64,000 nucleotides of DNA from an uncultured Methylomirabilota bacterium (GCA_963705305.1 OY970067.1:768001-832000), one strand, 5' to 3'; shown: positions 1 to 8,644, counted from the first letter of the stretch. Numbers and translations are program-made. Notes: generated from the letters alone by a model not told the origin.

Positions 1-1
1 T

Positions 2-793
2 ACAATCCGCCTCGGCCAGGAACTGTGTGACCACCCGGGGCCAGGCCATGCCGCCGCACCCGATGCTGAGGGGATGGTTCTCGGGGAAGGCGCTCTTGCC
101 GGACAGGGTGGTCATCACCGGCGCCTGCAGCAGTTCGGCGAACTCCTGGAGCTCCGGCGACGCCTCCGCGTAGAGCACCCCGTGCCCGGCGTGGATGAGG
201 GGCAGCTTCGCCGCGACGATGGCCTTGACCGCGGCTGCCACGTCGCCGGGGTCGGCCATGGATCGCGCCCCCTTGACGGGCGTATACGAGCGGGCCGCAT
301 CGTCACACTCGGCCGCCGTCAGGTCGGTGGGCAACTCCAGGACGATCGGCCCCCGCCGTCCGGTCCGCAGGTAGGTGAAGGCGCGGCGCAGGAATTCCGG
401 GATGCGGTCGGCGCGATTGACGCGCGCCACCCACTTGCTGATCTCCTGGAAATTGGGGACGGCCTCGAAATTGGGCCTCGCGCCCATCCGGGCCTCCGCA
501 ATGCCGCCGGGCAGAAAGAGGATGGGGCTCGAGTCCGAGTAGGCCTGCGCCAATCCCCCGAAGGAGTTCTCAACGCCCGGGCCGTGCTGGACTGCGCAGA
601 CGCCGATGCGCCGCCCGCCGGTGACCCGGGCGTAGCCGTCGGCCATGCCGATCACTCCCCGCTCGGTCCGCGCCATGATGGGGCGGATGCCCAGCGCCGC
701 GGCGGCGTCGATCAGGTGGTTGATGGGAAAGCAGAAGAGATGCTCGACATTCTCCTGCTTGAGGATACTCGCGACGGCTGCTGCACCCTTCAT
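2..793 (-). CDS. Thiamine pyrophosphate-dependent enzyme (acetolactate synthase-like), N-terminal part; runs off the window edge
   Basis: Manual translation: MKGAAAVASILKQENVEHLFCFPINHLIDAAA...ARTERGVIGMADGYAR...QHGPGVENSFGGLAQAYSDSSP...GKSAFPENHPL, a typical TPP_enzyme_N/M signature. GAGAG lies just upstream of the ATG. Confidence 0.9.
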   Translation of the reverse strand, partial: MKGAAAVASILKQENVEHLFCFPINHLIDAAAALGIRPIMARTERGVIGMADGYARVTGGRRIGVCAVQHGPGVENSFGGLAQAYSDSSPILFLPGGIAEARMGARPNFEAVPNFQEISKWVARVNRADRIPEFLRRAFTYLRTGRRGPIVLELPTDLTAAECDDAARSYTPVKGARSMADPGDVAAAVKAIVAAKLPLIHAGHGVLYAEASPELQEFAELLQAPVMTTLSGKSAFPENHPLSIGCGGMAWPRVVTQFLAEADC

Positions 794-877
794 GTCGGCT
801 CTCCCGTCTTGAGTGTTGCGCGTGGAATCGCCGTCCTCCCGGCTGCCAGACTTCAGCTCTTGAGGGTCAATCCCGTA

Positions 878-1127
878 CACACCCTCGCCCCTCGGGAGCA
901 TCGGCCCCCAGGAACACAAAAGCCCCCGAGGGATGCGGAGGTCCACCGGGGGCCGTCAGCTTCGCACGCCAGGAGCTGTCCGGTCGGATCATTGCCTCCT
1001 TCAGGCCGCCTCGCTGGGCACCGAGATCATCCGCGCAACACCCTACTTCTCACCAGAGGGCCTAGTCAAGATGAAAGAGACGCGGACGGGGGAGGGAGGC
1101 GAAGCCTCACGAGACGGCACCTTTCAG
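878..1127 (-). repeat. ~250-bp non-coding element, copy 1 (promoter + structured leader + terminator-like hairpin)
   Basis: Colinear with 5992-6242. Shared blocks include ccaccgggggccgtcag, ttcgcacgccaggagct, gcctccttcaggccgcct, ctcaccagaggg and ctagtcaagatgaaa. Minus strand has TTGACT-N18-TAGGGT and a GC hairpin followed by a T-rich tract. Confidence 0.85.
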
Positions 1128-1205
1128 GACGGCCTGCCTCTCGAGGCCGCGCACCACCATGTGTGGAGGGTCCCGGGGGTATCGAGGTGAGGGTTCCGGG
1201 CCGCG
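1122..1205 (-). pseudogene. Frameshifted N-terminal relic of a REP-associated tyrosine transposase (RAYT)
   Basis: Minus-strand frames read ARNPHLDTPGTLH and VVRGLERQAVLK, aligning to MPHGPRLDAPGILRHVTVRGVERRVIVR at 2502. The GGGGACGTT end motif lies upstream at 1319-1328. Confidence 0.6.
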
Positions 1206-1403
1206 GTCGCCCTCCGCCTAGCCTTCAGTCCCCAGGGGCTGGAGGGCAGCCAAGCAGAATTCACGCTTTCGAGGAACGCCCCGCACACCCGGCCAAAAGG
1301 TTAGGACAATTAGGCCACAACGTCCCCTTCACAACCTCCCCTTCAATAAACCTGAATGTGATGACGAGGGAGAGCAAGAGGAGGCGACGCGGCTGGGTTC
1401 TGG

Positions 1404-1679
1404 CTATTCGTAGACGACATAATGAGGGCCGATACTGTGAAAGAGGACCTCGTCGGCCCCAAGGAACTCGAACACAACTCGGACATCCCGCGTCACAGAG
1501 AAAGCCCAGAGATCTTGCAGTCGACCCAAGAGCTTGTGGGTGCGTAAGGGAGGGTCGAAGGCGTCCGCGCGAAAGAGGCACTCTCGGGCTTCGGCGATCT
1601 CCTGGATTTCGGGCGTCAGACCCTTGTACTGGCGGGCGAAATGCGAGGTGACCCGGATGGTTGCAATCGGGCGTTTCAC
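1404..1679 (-). CDS. Type II TA toxin, RelE/YafQ/YoeB-like mRNA interferase
   Basis: 91 aa with TSHFARQYK...LRTHKLLGRLQDLWAFSV...RVVFEF...IGPH; 4-bp overlap with the upstream antitoxin. Confidence 0.88.
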   Translation of the reverse strand: MKRPIATIRVTSHFARQYKGLTPEIQEIAEARECLFRADAFDPPLRTHKLLGRLQDLWAFSVTRDVRVVFEFLGADEVLFHSIGPHYVVYE

Positions 1680-1939
1680 CGGAGATCTGCCAGGGACTTA
1701 ATCCTGCGGGTCTTCCCCCGCCTGTGCTCGTCACGGCCTTCTGCCACGACGCGCAGCAGATGTTCCTCTTCCAGCTCTCGCAGGCGGCTCTGCATGGCCT
1801 CGAAGGTCTCATAATCAAGCAAGACCGCGACGGGCCGTGACCGCTGGATCAAGGTCCACGGCTGCCTGTGCTCACGCAACTCACGGACGACCTGGGTGAC
1901 GCCCTGACGGAGGCCGCTGATGCTGATAATCTTGGGCAC
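1676..1939 (-). CDS. Type II TA antitoxin, Phd/YefM family
   Basis: GTG start after a GGAG RBS. (M)PKIISISGLRQGVTQVVRELREHRQPWTLIQRSRPVAVLLDYE is the Phd/YefM N-terminal pattern. Confidence 0.88.
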   Translation of the reverse strand: MPKIISISGLRQGVTQVVRELREHRQPWTLIQRSRPVAVLLDYETFEAMQSRLRELEEEHLLRVVAEGRDEHRRGKTRRIKSLADLR

Positions 1940-1962
1940 CTTCTCCACCTTCCCGTTGCTTG

Positions 1963-1998
1963 TATTGTTAACGTATATGTTGACAGTACAGATGTCAA
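1963..1998 (-). promoter_or_regulatory. Sigma70 promoter of the TA operon overlapped by a palindromic operator
   Basis: TTGACA (1993-1998) - 17 bp - TACGTT (1970-1975). The imperfect palindrome tattgttaacgtatatgttgacagta covers the -10 element, as expected for TA autorepression. Confidence 0.7.
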
Positions 1999-2039
1999 GA
2001 CAAAAGGCCTGTCGCAGGTCAGCAAAAATGTCCGCCTCC

Positions 2040-2502
2040 ACCGGACGGCGCGGCGCGGGCTGGCGCCGAACTGGGCCAGGATGGTCCCCGTGTCTTGCCC
2101 GATCCGGGGGACGCTCCCGAGGAGGGTGCTGTGGTCGGTCCAGGGGTAGCGGACCAATTCCAGGAGGTACGGTTCCTCCTCCACGACGACCGACTTATAC
2201 CGATTCTGGAAGAGGTGGCCGGCGCGCTTGTAGCGCCGATTGAAAGCGCCGGCGTAGCCCGTGAGGAGGCTTCGCATGCTCCGGGGCAAGGGGCGCTGGC
2301 CCGTCCGGACCAGGAGGTGGGCGTGGTTCGGGAGGAGGGCCCAGGCGTACACCGCGAGGGCCCTGTTCTCCGCGAGGGTTGCGAGGCGGGCGACGATGTC
2401 GGCCCGGCCGGTATCATCCCTGACTATGACACGGCGCTCGACGCCGCGCACCGTCACGTGGCGGAGGATCCCGGGGGCATCCAGCCGGGGTCCGTGAGGC
2501 AT
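2040..2502 (-). pseudogene. REP-associated tyrosine transposase (Y1/HUH, IS200-like RAYT), internally deleted and C-terminally truncated
   Basis: MPHGPRLDAPG..HVTVRG..YAWALLPNHAHLL (HUH)..FNRRYKRAGHLFQNRYKS..LELVRY|PWTDHS. The usual IHLNP segment after LVRY is missing, and the frame runs on into the TA promoter. Confidence 0.85.
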
Positions 2503-2536
2503 AGCGGGAGGATAGTCGTGATTGTTCTATTTGGCA

Positions 2537-2604
2537 ACGTCCCCTATTCCGTTTTTACGTCCCCTATTCCGTCATTACGCTCTTTCCGTCCTGTTCCGTA
2601 TTCC
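2537..2604. repeat. Reiterated acgtcccctattccg motif at the RAYT element end
   Basis: aacgtcccctattccg and tacgtcccctattccg in tandem, followed by degenerate gttccgtattccg. The same aacgtcccct core occurs at 1319 and, inverted, at 43363. Confidence 0.7.
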
Positions 2605-3315
2605 GTTAAAGGAGCGGACAGAATCCCTGATCCGTTCGAGCGGACAAGTTTGCTGAGCTACCACACCCCGGAAGCATCGGCCTTGACAGAGCGAAATAGT
2701 CAGGAGTAGCCTCCGGCCCGTTGCCCACCCTTGTGTTGGCGGATGAAGGAGGCTCCATGGGGTCGGCGCGGGACGGCTCCCCGAACGCGAGCCAAGCCGG
2801 CGGCGCGGCCCATCTGCTAGTGCCAGCCCACGGGTGGCTTTGTCCCCTCTCGAGCCACGAGCCGCCGCCCTCCTCCGGATCCCGGGGTATCTCGGCACGG
2901 TCCTGCGACAGCCTCCCGGCTTCCGCGCCTCTCTCCAGTGCGTCGCCGTTGACCGGCCTTCCGGACCTCCCCCACTTTTCCCGCACCCCCCGTTGCGCGG
3001 CCACCCCACCCGTGGAAGCGGGCAGTGACATCCGTGCCGTGGCGGGGCGTCCCGGCCGCCAGGACGGCAACGCCCCGAGGATCCCCACGCGCGTGCTCAA
3101 CCGAGGCAAGGTGGAAGCCTGCAGTCCAGGGGATGCGTTAAGGGTACTGTCCGCCGGCATGGGGCGAAACCATTCGCCGCCGGCAAAAGAGCGGGAAGGT
3201 TTGGGCACGACAAGGCGAACGACGGCTTCGCACCGCTTGCCGGCTCCGAAGCCGCCTGGCGAAGGGGCAGACGCCCCACGCACGGGTCCCTAACACCGCA
3301 AGGGAGAAGACGACA

Positions 3316-4458
3316 ATGAGAGACGTCAGGCGTGTTGTGTTGATTGCCTTGGTATCCACCGTGTTGGTTGCAGCCGCGGCGGCCAGCGGCGCTGCCGCCG
3401 AGATCCCCATCGCCGCCACACTCAACATCACCGGGCCGACCGCCTCGCAGGGCGTGCTCTTCGGAAATGCCGCCAAGCTGGCCGTGAAGCAGATCAACGC
3501 TACGGGCGGGGTGAACGGCAAGCGCATCAACCTGATCCCGGAAGACGCCCAGTCCAGCAACTTTGGTGCGCTTGCCGCACTGAACAAGGCCATTGAGAAG
3601 GACAAGGCGCTGGTCGTACTGGGACCGTCCCTGAGCACGATGATCCAGGCGATGTCCGAGACGGACAAGAACGCGGGCGTGCCCTTCGCCACCGGCGGCA
3701 CGGCCGTCAAGAACACCCACATGGGTAACCCCTGGATCTTCCGCCTCCGGCCGGACGATTCTATCTCCGCCGCGGCCATGATCCAGTTCATCAAGAACGA
3801 CCTGGGGCTCACCAAGGTCGGGATTCTCCACGACACCGATGCCTTCGGCTCTGGCGGGGCGGCCTTGCTGGAGCAGTACAGCAAGGAGCAGGGGATCACG
3901 GTGGTCAAGGACTTGGGGTACACCGGCGACACCAAGGACTACACCGCCCAACTCCTGGCAATTAAGGACGCGGGAGCGCAGATCCTCTGCACCTACGTCC
4001 CCCGCCCCGAGGATGGCGCCCTCATCCAGCGCCAGTACCACGATTTGGCCCTCCCTTACAAGTACATGGGGTCCGCCTCCAACGCCGAACGGGACACGCT
4101 GGCTCTGTCCAAGGACTCGGCCGCGGGGATCTACGTGGCTATTGATTTCATGCCCGGCGTGACCGAGGAATCCAAAAAGTACGAGGAGGCATACCAGAAG
4201 GAGTACGGTCAGCCGGCAGATGCGCTGTCGGCCTTTAACTACGACGCCATCAATATCTTCGCCAAGGCCATCGGCGCGGCGGGCGAAGACCGGGCCAAGA
4301 TCATGCCCTACATCCTCAACCTCCACGGCTACCGGGGGGCCGTCGGCACCTTCGACTTCACCCCTAACGGGGATGGCCTGCACGCAAACACCATCATCCA
4401 GGTCGAGAAGGGGGGTCACCTGAAGTTCCTGAAGGTGGTCACGGTTCAGTCGCACTAG
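3316..4458 (+). CDS. ABC transporter substrate-binding protein, branched-chain amino acid (LivJ/type 1 PBP) family
   Basis: Signal peptide; NITGPTASQG, INATGGVNGKRINLIPED, WIFRLRPDD, YDAINIFAKAI motifs. Confidence 0.92.
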   Translation: MRDVRRVVLIALVSTVLVAAAAASGAAAEIPIAATLNITGPTASQGVLFGNAAKLAVKQINATGGVNGKRINLIPEDAQSSNFGALAALNKAIEKDKALVVLGPSLSTMIQAMSETDKNAGVPFATGGTAVKNTHMGNPWIFRLRPDDSISAAAMIQFIKNDLGLTKVGILHDTDAFGSGGAALLEQYSKEQGITVVKDLGYTGDTKDYTAQLLAIKDAGAQILCTYVPRPEDGALIQRQYHDLALPYKYMGSASNAERDTLALSKDSAAGIYVAIDFMPGVTEESKKYEEAYQKEYGQPADALSAFNYDAINIFAKAIGAAGEDRAKIMPYILNLHGYRGAVGTFDFTPNGDGLHANTIIQVEKGGHLKFLKVVTVQSH

Positions 4459-4716
4459 CGGGCGGCGAGCAATGCCTCTCTCGTCCCGCAGGCCAGGGAG
4501 AGGGAGCAGGCAGGCGCTCTCGTCCTGGCGGGCATGGCATCCGCAGGGGGGCATTGCGGCGCCACGTGGGACGCCGGTGCGGAGGGCATGCGGCCCGGGG
4601 CGGAGGTCCCGGCGGCTAGGCCCGGTGCGATTGTACCCGAGGCGTAGCCGCTTGGCGCAAGCTACCCGGGTAGAGAGGCGAGGTTGCTCGCGGGAAATGA
4701 CCTCAAGATGAGAGCT

Positions 4717-4752
4717 CGGCTCCGGCGGGTCTTTTGTGGCCCGCCGGAGCCG
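4717..4752. terminator. Strong GC hairpin, probable terminator
   Basis: cggctccggcggg-tcttttgtgg-cccgccggagccg, a 13-bp perfect stem between convergent genes. Confidence 0.55.
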
Positions 4753-4916
4753 CTCGGGATGGAAAGGACGGAAACGGGGCCCCAACCAGGGCGATATGGA
4801 GCATACTGGCAGGTAATCTGATCTGCTGCGCGCGCGGGTGGGTCCTCATGGAGCCTTTGACCTCACACGCCTCCGATTGCGAGCCAGAGCTTCCAGGGCA
4901 ACCGCGTGCCACGCCC

Positions 4917-4982
4917 GCCCAATGCCATGCCGTTAAGGTGCAGGCGCCGAAGGCGACTGTCAGCTTCGACCGCCTGTTATAC
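4917..4982 (-). mobile_element. Degenerate integron attC-like site (66 bp)
   Basis: Minus strand GTATAAC-aggcgg-TCGAAGCTG-acagtcgcc-ttcg-gcgcctg-CACCTTAA-cggcatggc-ATTGGGC gives an R''/L''/loop/L'/R' layout at the 3' end of the hydrolase gene. R' reads ATT instead of GTT. Confidence 0.6.
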
Positions 4983-5916
4983 CGCTCACACCCGGCCAAC
5001 ACTCCGCGCGCAGCCAATCTACGAGCCGCCTCGCCAGCTCGATTCGATGAGCAGAGAACACGTGGTCGTCGTCGAGGACCGCCTCCGTTAACCGCTCCGC
5101 GCGTGCCTGACGCAAAGCGGCGACCACTCTGTCGTGGTGATCGGCCTTCGGCGTTAGTCCATCACGCGCGGCCGCCGCCAGGAGAAGGGGTCGGGTCGCC
5201 AAATCGGCCGTGCGGGATGGGACGCTCCACGCCTCCGCATGGCTCACTATCTCGCTGGCAACGCGCCGCGGATCTCCGTGGACGGGACCACCCCTCGCAT
5301 CCATGCCTTGATGGAAGAGGGACTCCAGCCCTGCGAGGGCGCTCGCGTCTTCGCGCGCCCGCAGACCCATCCAGCCAAGATCGGCCCCGGCTAGGAAGGC
5401 GAGGCACGCGATGCGCTCGTCCTTGGCGGTCGTAATCGCACCGAGGAATCCACCGAGGCTGTGGCCAGCCAGCGCCACGCGGTCGGGGTCCGCCCGGTAC
5501 GCCGACGCCCACGCTTCACTCCGCGCTCGCTCCACGGCCGTCGCCACGTCCTCAAGCGCGTGCGCGATCGAGAACTTGCCGCCGCTCCCCCACGTGCCCC
5601 GGTAATTGAAGTAAAGCACGTTCATGCCGGCTCGCCTCACAGCCTGCGCCAGGTCGAGATTCCGCTCGTTGCCGGGGTAGCCGTGCAGGATTATGACCGT
5701 CGGGTGCGGACCGGGCCCGTTGGCCACGTACATGAGCCCATTGAGTTTGCTTCCGCCGCTCTCGAATGACAACCCCTCCATGGTGGGGGGGAACGCCGAG
5801 TCCACCGCGGCGTCCGCGGTGGTCGGATGATCGATCTGCGACGCAGCGCGTTGCGCGGCAGACGAGGCGAAGGACGTCGCAGAGTCCGCCACAAAGCCAT
5901 TTGACCACTCTCTCAT
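4960..5916 (-). CDS. Alpha/beta hydrolase (S9/S33 peptidase-esterase-like)
   Basis: IILHGYPGNERN oxyanion motif, GHSLGG nucleophile elbow, C-terminal DDDH; AAGGA RBS before the ATG at 5916. Confidence 0.9.
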   Translation of the reverse strand: MREWSNGFVADSATSFASSAAQRAASQIDHPTTADAAVDSAFPPTMEGLSFESGGSKLNGLMYVANGPGPHPTVIILHGYPGNERNLDLAQAVRRAGMNVLYFNYRGTWGSGGKFSIAHALEDVATAVERARSEAWASAYRADPDRVALAGHSLGGFLGAITTAKDERIACLAFLAGADLGWMGLRAREDASALAGLESLFHQGMDARGGPVHGDPRRVASEIVSHAEAWSVPSRTADLATRPLLLAAAARDGLTPKADHHDRVVAALRQARAERLTEAVLDDDHVFSAHRIELARRLVDWLRAECWPGVSGITGGRS

Positions 5917-5991
5917 GCGTGTTTCCTTTATGTAATGGGGGGCATTGCCAAACTCGTCACCTTGCGGGGAGAACGATCCCGCCACACCTAC

Positions 5992-6242
5992 CACACCCTC
6001 ACCCCTCGAGGGCATCGATCCCCAAGAGCACAAGAGCCCCCGGGGATCCGGAGATCCACCGGGGGCCGTCAGGTTCGCACGCCAGGAGCTTTCCTGGTCG
6101 GCACCTTCGCCTCCTTCAGGCCGCCTAGCTGGGCATCAAGATTATCCGCGCAAGACCCTATCTCTCACCAGAGGGGCTAGTCAAGATGAAATGGACGGGG
6201 GCGGGGGAGCGAGGCAAGCCTTCATAAGACGATGCTTTTCAG
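5992..6242 (-). repeat. ~250-bp non-coding element, copy 2
   Basis: Homologous to 878-1127. TTGACT (6179-6184)-N18-TAGGGT (6155-6160); hairpins ccagga-aagc-tcctgg and gcccccgg-t-ggatc-tccg-gatcc-ccgggggc. Confidence 0.85.
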
Positions 6243-6332
6243 AATCGCCAAACCCGAGGACTACCCAGGTCTCCCGGGTTCGGTGGCACCCGATCGAAGC
6301 TCTTTGAAGTAGCGCAATCAGGCCTGTCCCGT

Positions 6333-7277
6333 TCACGCCTTCTTGGTCAGTCTGTCGACCTCCGCCAATTCCTCCGGGGTCAGGGCCCACTCAACCGCCT
6401 TCACGTTCTGCTCCACCTGCTCTGGGCGCGTGGCGCCGGCGATCACGCTGCACACCCGCGGCCGGGCGGCCAGCCAGCTAAACGCCAGCTCCAGCAGGCT
6501 ATGGCCCCGCCTGGCGCAGAACGCCTCCAGTCGCTCCACGATCTCCCAGTTCGCGGCCGTCAGGTAGCGATCGGCGAGCCGCTGCGTCTTTGCCAGGCGC
6601 GTCCCTTCCGGGAGGGGTGCATTCCGCTTGTACTTGCCGGTGAGGAGGCCGGAGGCCAGCGGGAAGTACGGCAACAGGCCGAGCCCGTACGCCTCCATCG
6701 CCGGTACCAGCTCGCGCTCTGGATCGCGCACGACCAGGCTATACTCGTCCTGGCACGAGACGAAGCCGTTCACGCGGAGGTGCCGGGCCGTCCACTGCGC
6801 CTCCACCACCTGCCAGGCGGGGAGGTTGGAGCAGCCGATGTAGCGCACCTTGCCCTGGCGAATCAGGTCCTCCAGGGTGCGGAGGGTCTCCTCGATCGGC
6901 GTCGCGGGATCCGGATAATGGAGCTGGTACAGGTCGATCCAGTCGGTCCGGAGCCGCCGCAGGCTGGCCTCCGCCGCCGACAGGATGTAGCGGCGCGAGG
7001 CCCCCTTGAGCACCCCGGCGTCATCCATGGGGCCGCTGAACTTGGTCGCCAGGATGATGTCCTTGCGCCGATCACCCAGGATCTGGCCCAGGACGGTTTC
7101 CGAGCCGCCGCGCTCGCCGTAAATGTCCGCCGTGTCGAACAGGGTGATTCCGAGATCCAGGGCCCGGTGGACGACCCGCCGGGATGCCTCCAGATCGATC
7201 CGCCCGCCGAAATTGTTGCAGCCCAGGCCGACCAGGGATACCTGAAGGCCGGATGTACCAAGATTTCGCTGCTGCAT
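6333..7277 (-). CDS. Aldo/keto reductase
   Basis: GLGCNNFG, FDTADIYG, LATKF, DWIDLYQLH, GKVRYIGCSN, YFPLASGLLTGKY. Confidence 0.95.
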   Translation of the reverse strand: MQQRNLGTSGLQVSLVGLGCNNFGGRIDLEASRRVVHRALDLGITLFDTADIYGERGGSETVLGQILGDRRKDIILATKFSGPMDDAGVLKGASRRYILSAAEASLRRLRTDWIDLYQLHYPDPATPIEETLRTLEDLIRQGKVRYIGCSNLPAWQVVEAQWTARHLRVNGFVSCQDEYSLVVRDPERELVPAMEAYGLGLLPYFPLASGLLTGKYKRNAPLPEGTRLAKTQRLADRYLTAANWEIVERLEAFCARRGHSLLELAFSWLAARPRVCSVIAGATRPEQVEQNVKAVEWALTPEELAEVDRLTKKA

Positions 7278-7292
7278 GCGCATCCTCCCAAC

Positions 7293-7553
7293 TCTCACCG
7301 CCAAGCCGCCATCTCCAGTATGCAGTAGGCAGAAGTCAGTAGTCCTGTCATCCACCCTCCTATTCGGCTTTACTTTGCGACCTTTGCGCCCTTGGCGTGA
7401 GAACGCTCTGACTCTTGCCCTAAGCTCGCCGTTCTTCAATTTCGAAATTCGAACTTCGAAATTCGAATTGTCCCGGCTCCGCCTCTCCCCTGCTCCCCCG
7501 CGCCCCTGCGCCCCCTCGTTCCCTCCTGCGCCCTCGGCGCCTTGGCGGTTCAA
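7293..7553 (-). repeat. ACCGCCAAG-ended small element, expanded copy filled with 7-, 8- and 9-mer repeats
   Basis: Ends tctcaccgccaag and cttggcggttcaa. Interior has gcagtag-like 7-mers, ctttgcg(a/c)c 9-mers, (ttcgaa(a/c))n 7-mers and cccc(t/c)gc(t/g) 8-mers. Related to 18195-18272 and 30511-30591. Confidence 0.75.
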
Positions 7554-8440
7554 GGTTGCTCTTTGGCCGGCGCGGCCTGCTGCCGCACCGCCGCCACGAC
7601 ATCGGCGCCCGCATGGTAGCTCTCGTCGGCGGACGGGAAGGCCCCCGACCGGACATCGCCCACGAAGTCCGCCAGGGCCTTCTCGATGGCCGCACCCACA
7701 TCCGCATACCGCCGGACGAATTTCGGACTGACCCCCTCACTGAGGCCGAGGAGATCGTGCCAGACGAGCACCTGTCCGTCGCACCGGGGGCCGGCCCCGA
7801 TGCCGATGGTGGGGATGGGAATCGCCGCTGTCACGACCTCTGCGATCTCGGCCGGAATCCCCTCCAGGACGATGGCGAAGGCGCCCGCCCCCGCCAGCGC
7901 GCGCGCATCTTCCAGCAGGGCCCGGGCGGCCTCGGCCTGCCGCGCCTGCACGCGGAAGCCGCCCATCCGGTGCAGCGACTGCGGTGTGAGGCCGAGGTGG
8001 CCCATCACCGGGATGTCGGCGGCGACCAGCCGCTCGACGGCGTGGAGGCAGCGCCGGCCTCCCTCCAGCTTCACCGCCTGGCACCCCCCCTCGGCGACGA
8101 GCCGCCCGGCGCTCCGGATCGTCTCGGGGACGGACACGTGGTACGAGAGGAACGGCATGTCTCCCACCACCGGCGCCCGCGGCCTGGCGGCGGCGACGGC
8201 CCGCGCATGGTGCAGGATCTCCTCCACCGTCACGGAGAGGGTGTTCTCCCGTCCCAGCACCACCATGCCCAGCGAGTCGCCGACCAGCAAGAGGTCGGCG
8301 CCCGCGCGGTCCGCCAGGCGGGCGGAGACGACATCGTAGGCGGTGATCATGGCCAGGGGTTCGCCGCGACCCGCGGAAGCCTTCCGGGCGGCGATGTCGG
8401 GGATGGTGAGGCGGGAGGGCGGACCGGCATGGGAACTCAT
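7550..8440 (-). CDS. panB: 3-methyl-2-oxobutanoate hydroxymethyltransferase
   Basis: MITAYD, LLVGDSLGMV, GDMPFLSY, AVKLEGG, MGHLGLTPQS, TIGIGAG..CDGQVLV. Confidence 0.98.
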   Translation of the reverse strand: MSSHAGPPSRLTIPDIAARKASAGRGEPLAMITAYDVVSARLADRAGADLLLVGDSLGMVVLGRENTLSVTVEEILHHARAVAAARPRAPVVGDMPFLSYHVSVPETIRSAGRLVAEGGCQAVKLEGGRRCLHAVERLVAADIPVMGHLGLTPQSLHRMGGFRVQARQAEAARALLEDARALAGAGAFAIVLEGIPAEIAEVVTAAIPIPTIGIGAGPRCDGQVLVWHDLLGLSEGVSPKFVRRYADVGAAIEKALADFVGDVRSGAFPSADESYHAGADVVAAVRQQAAPAKEQP

Positions 8441-8496
8441 GGCACTCCTTTCTCCCCGCCGCGAAGGGTCGGGGGAAACTGCGGGTGCGACTCACC

Positions 8497-8644
8497 CTAC
8501 CCCAGGACCGGCTGCCTGTCCAGCCCGTCGGGCCGTCCCGGTGCGCGGCGGCGCCCCGTGGCGGTCTCCGCAGGCGGATCGCCGGCGATTCCGGGCGCGA
8601 TCGGACACGGCCCGGACTCCCGGCGTTTGCCGGTCAGGGGTAGC
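8497..8644 (-). ncRNA. pan-motif-like cis-regulatory RNA in the panB leader
   Basis: Located upstream of panB. Minus strand has GGAGACCGCC...GCACCGGGACGGCCC-gac-GGGCTGGAC, matching my recollection of the tandem GAGAC/GGGAC hairpins of the pan motif, enclosed by a ctacccc..accggc / gccggt..ggggtag helix. Confidence 0.6.

Noticed and set aside
900..1030. Resemblance of the duplicated element to ZTP (ccaccgggg..gcc..ctggg), fluoride (ggcga.ggtg..ctga.g) or ykkC (acaaaagccc) riboswitches
   Set aside because: Only fragments match; the required pseudoknot or P1 pairings are absent, and two of the matches are on the strand opposite the downstream genes.
74..1651. 525-aa plus-strand ORF, and other long antisense or alternative-frame ORFs (e.g. 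38246-42484, 38745-42557, 56977-59508, N-terminal half of 22113-25571)
   Set aside because: Shadow ORFs of real genes in high-GC DNA; Arg/Pro/Gly-rich with no family motifs.
7441..7470. CRISPR-like array
   Set aside because: Contiguous 7-mers with no spacers and no cas genes; no CRISPR array was seen anywhere in the window.
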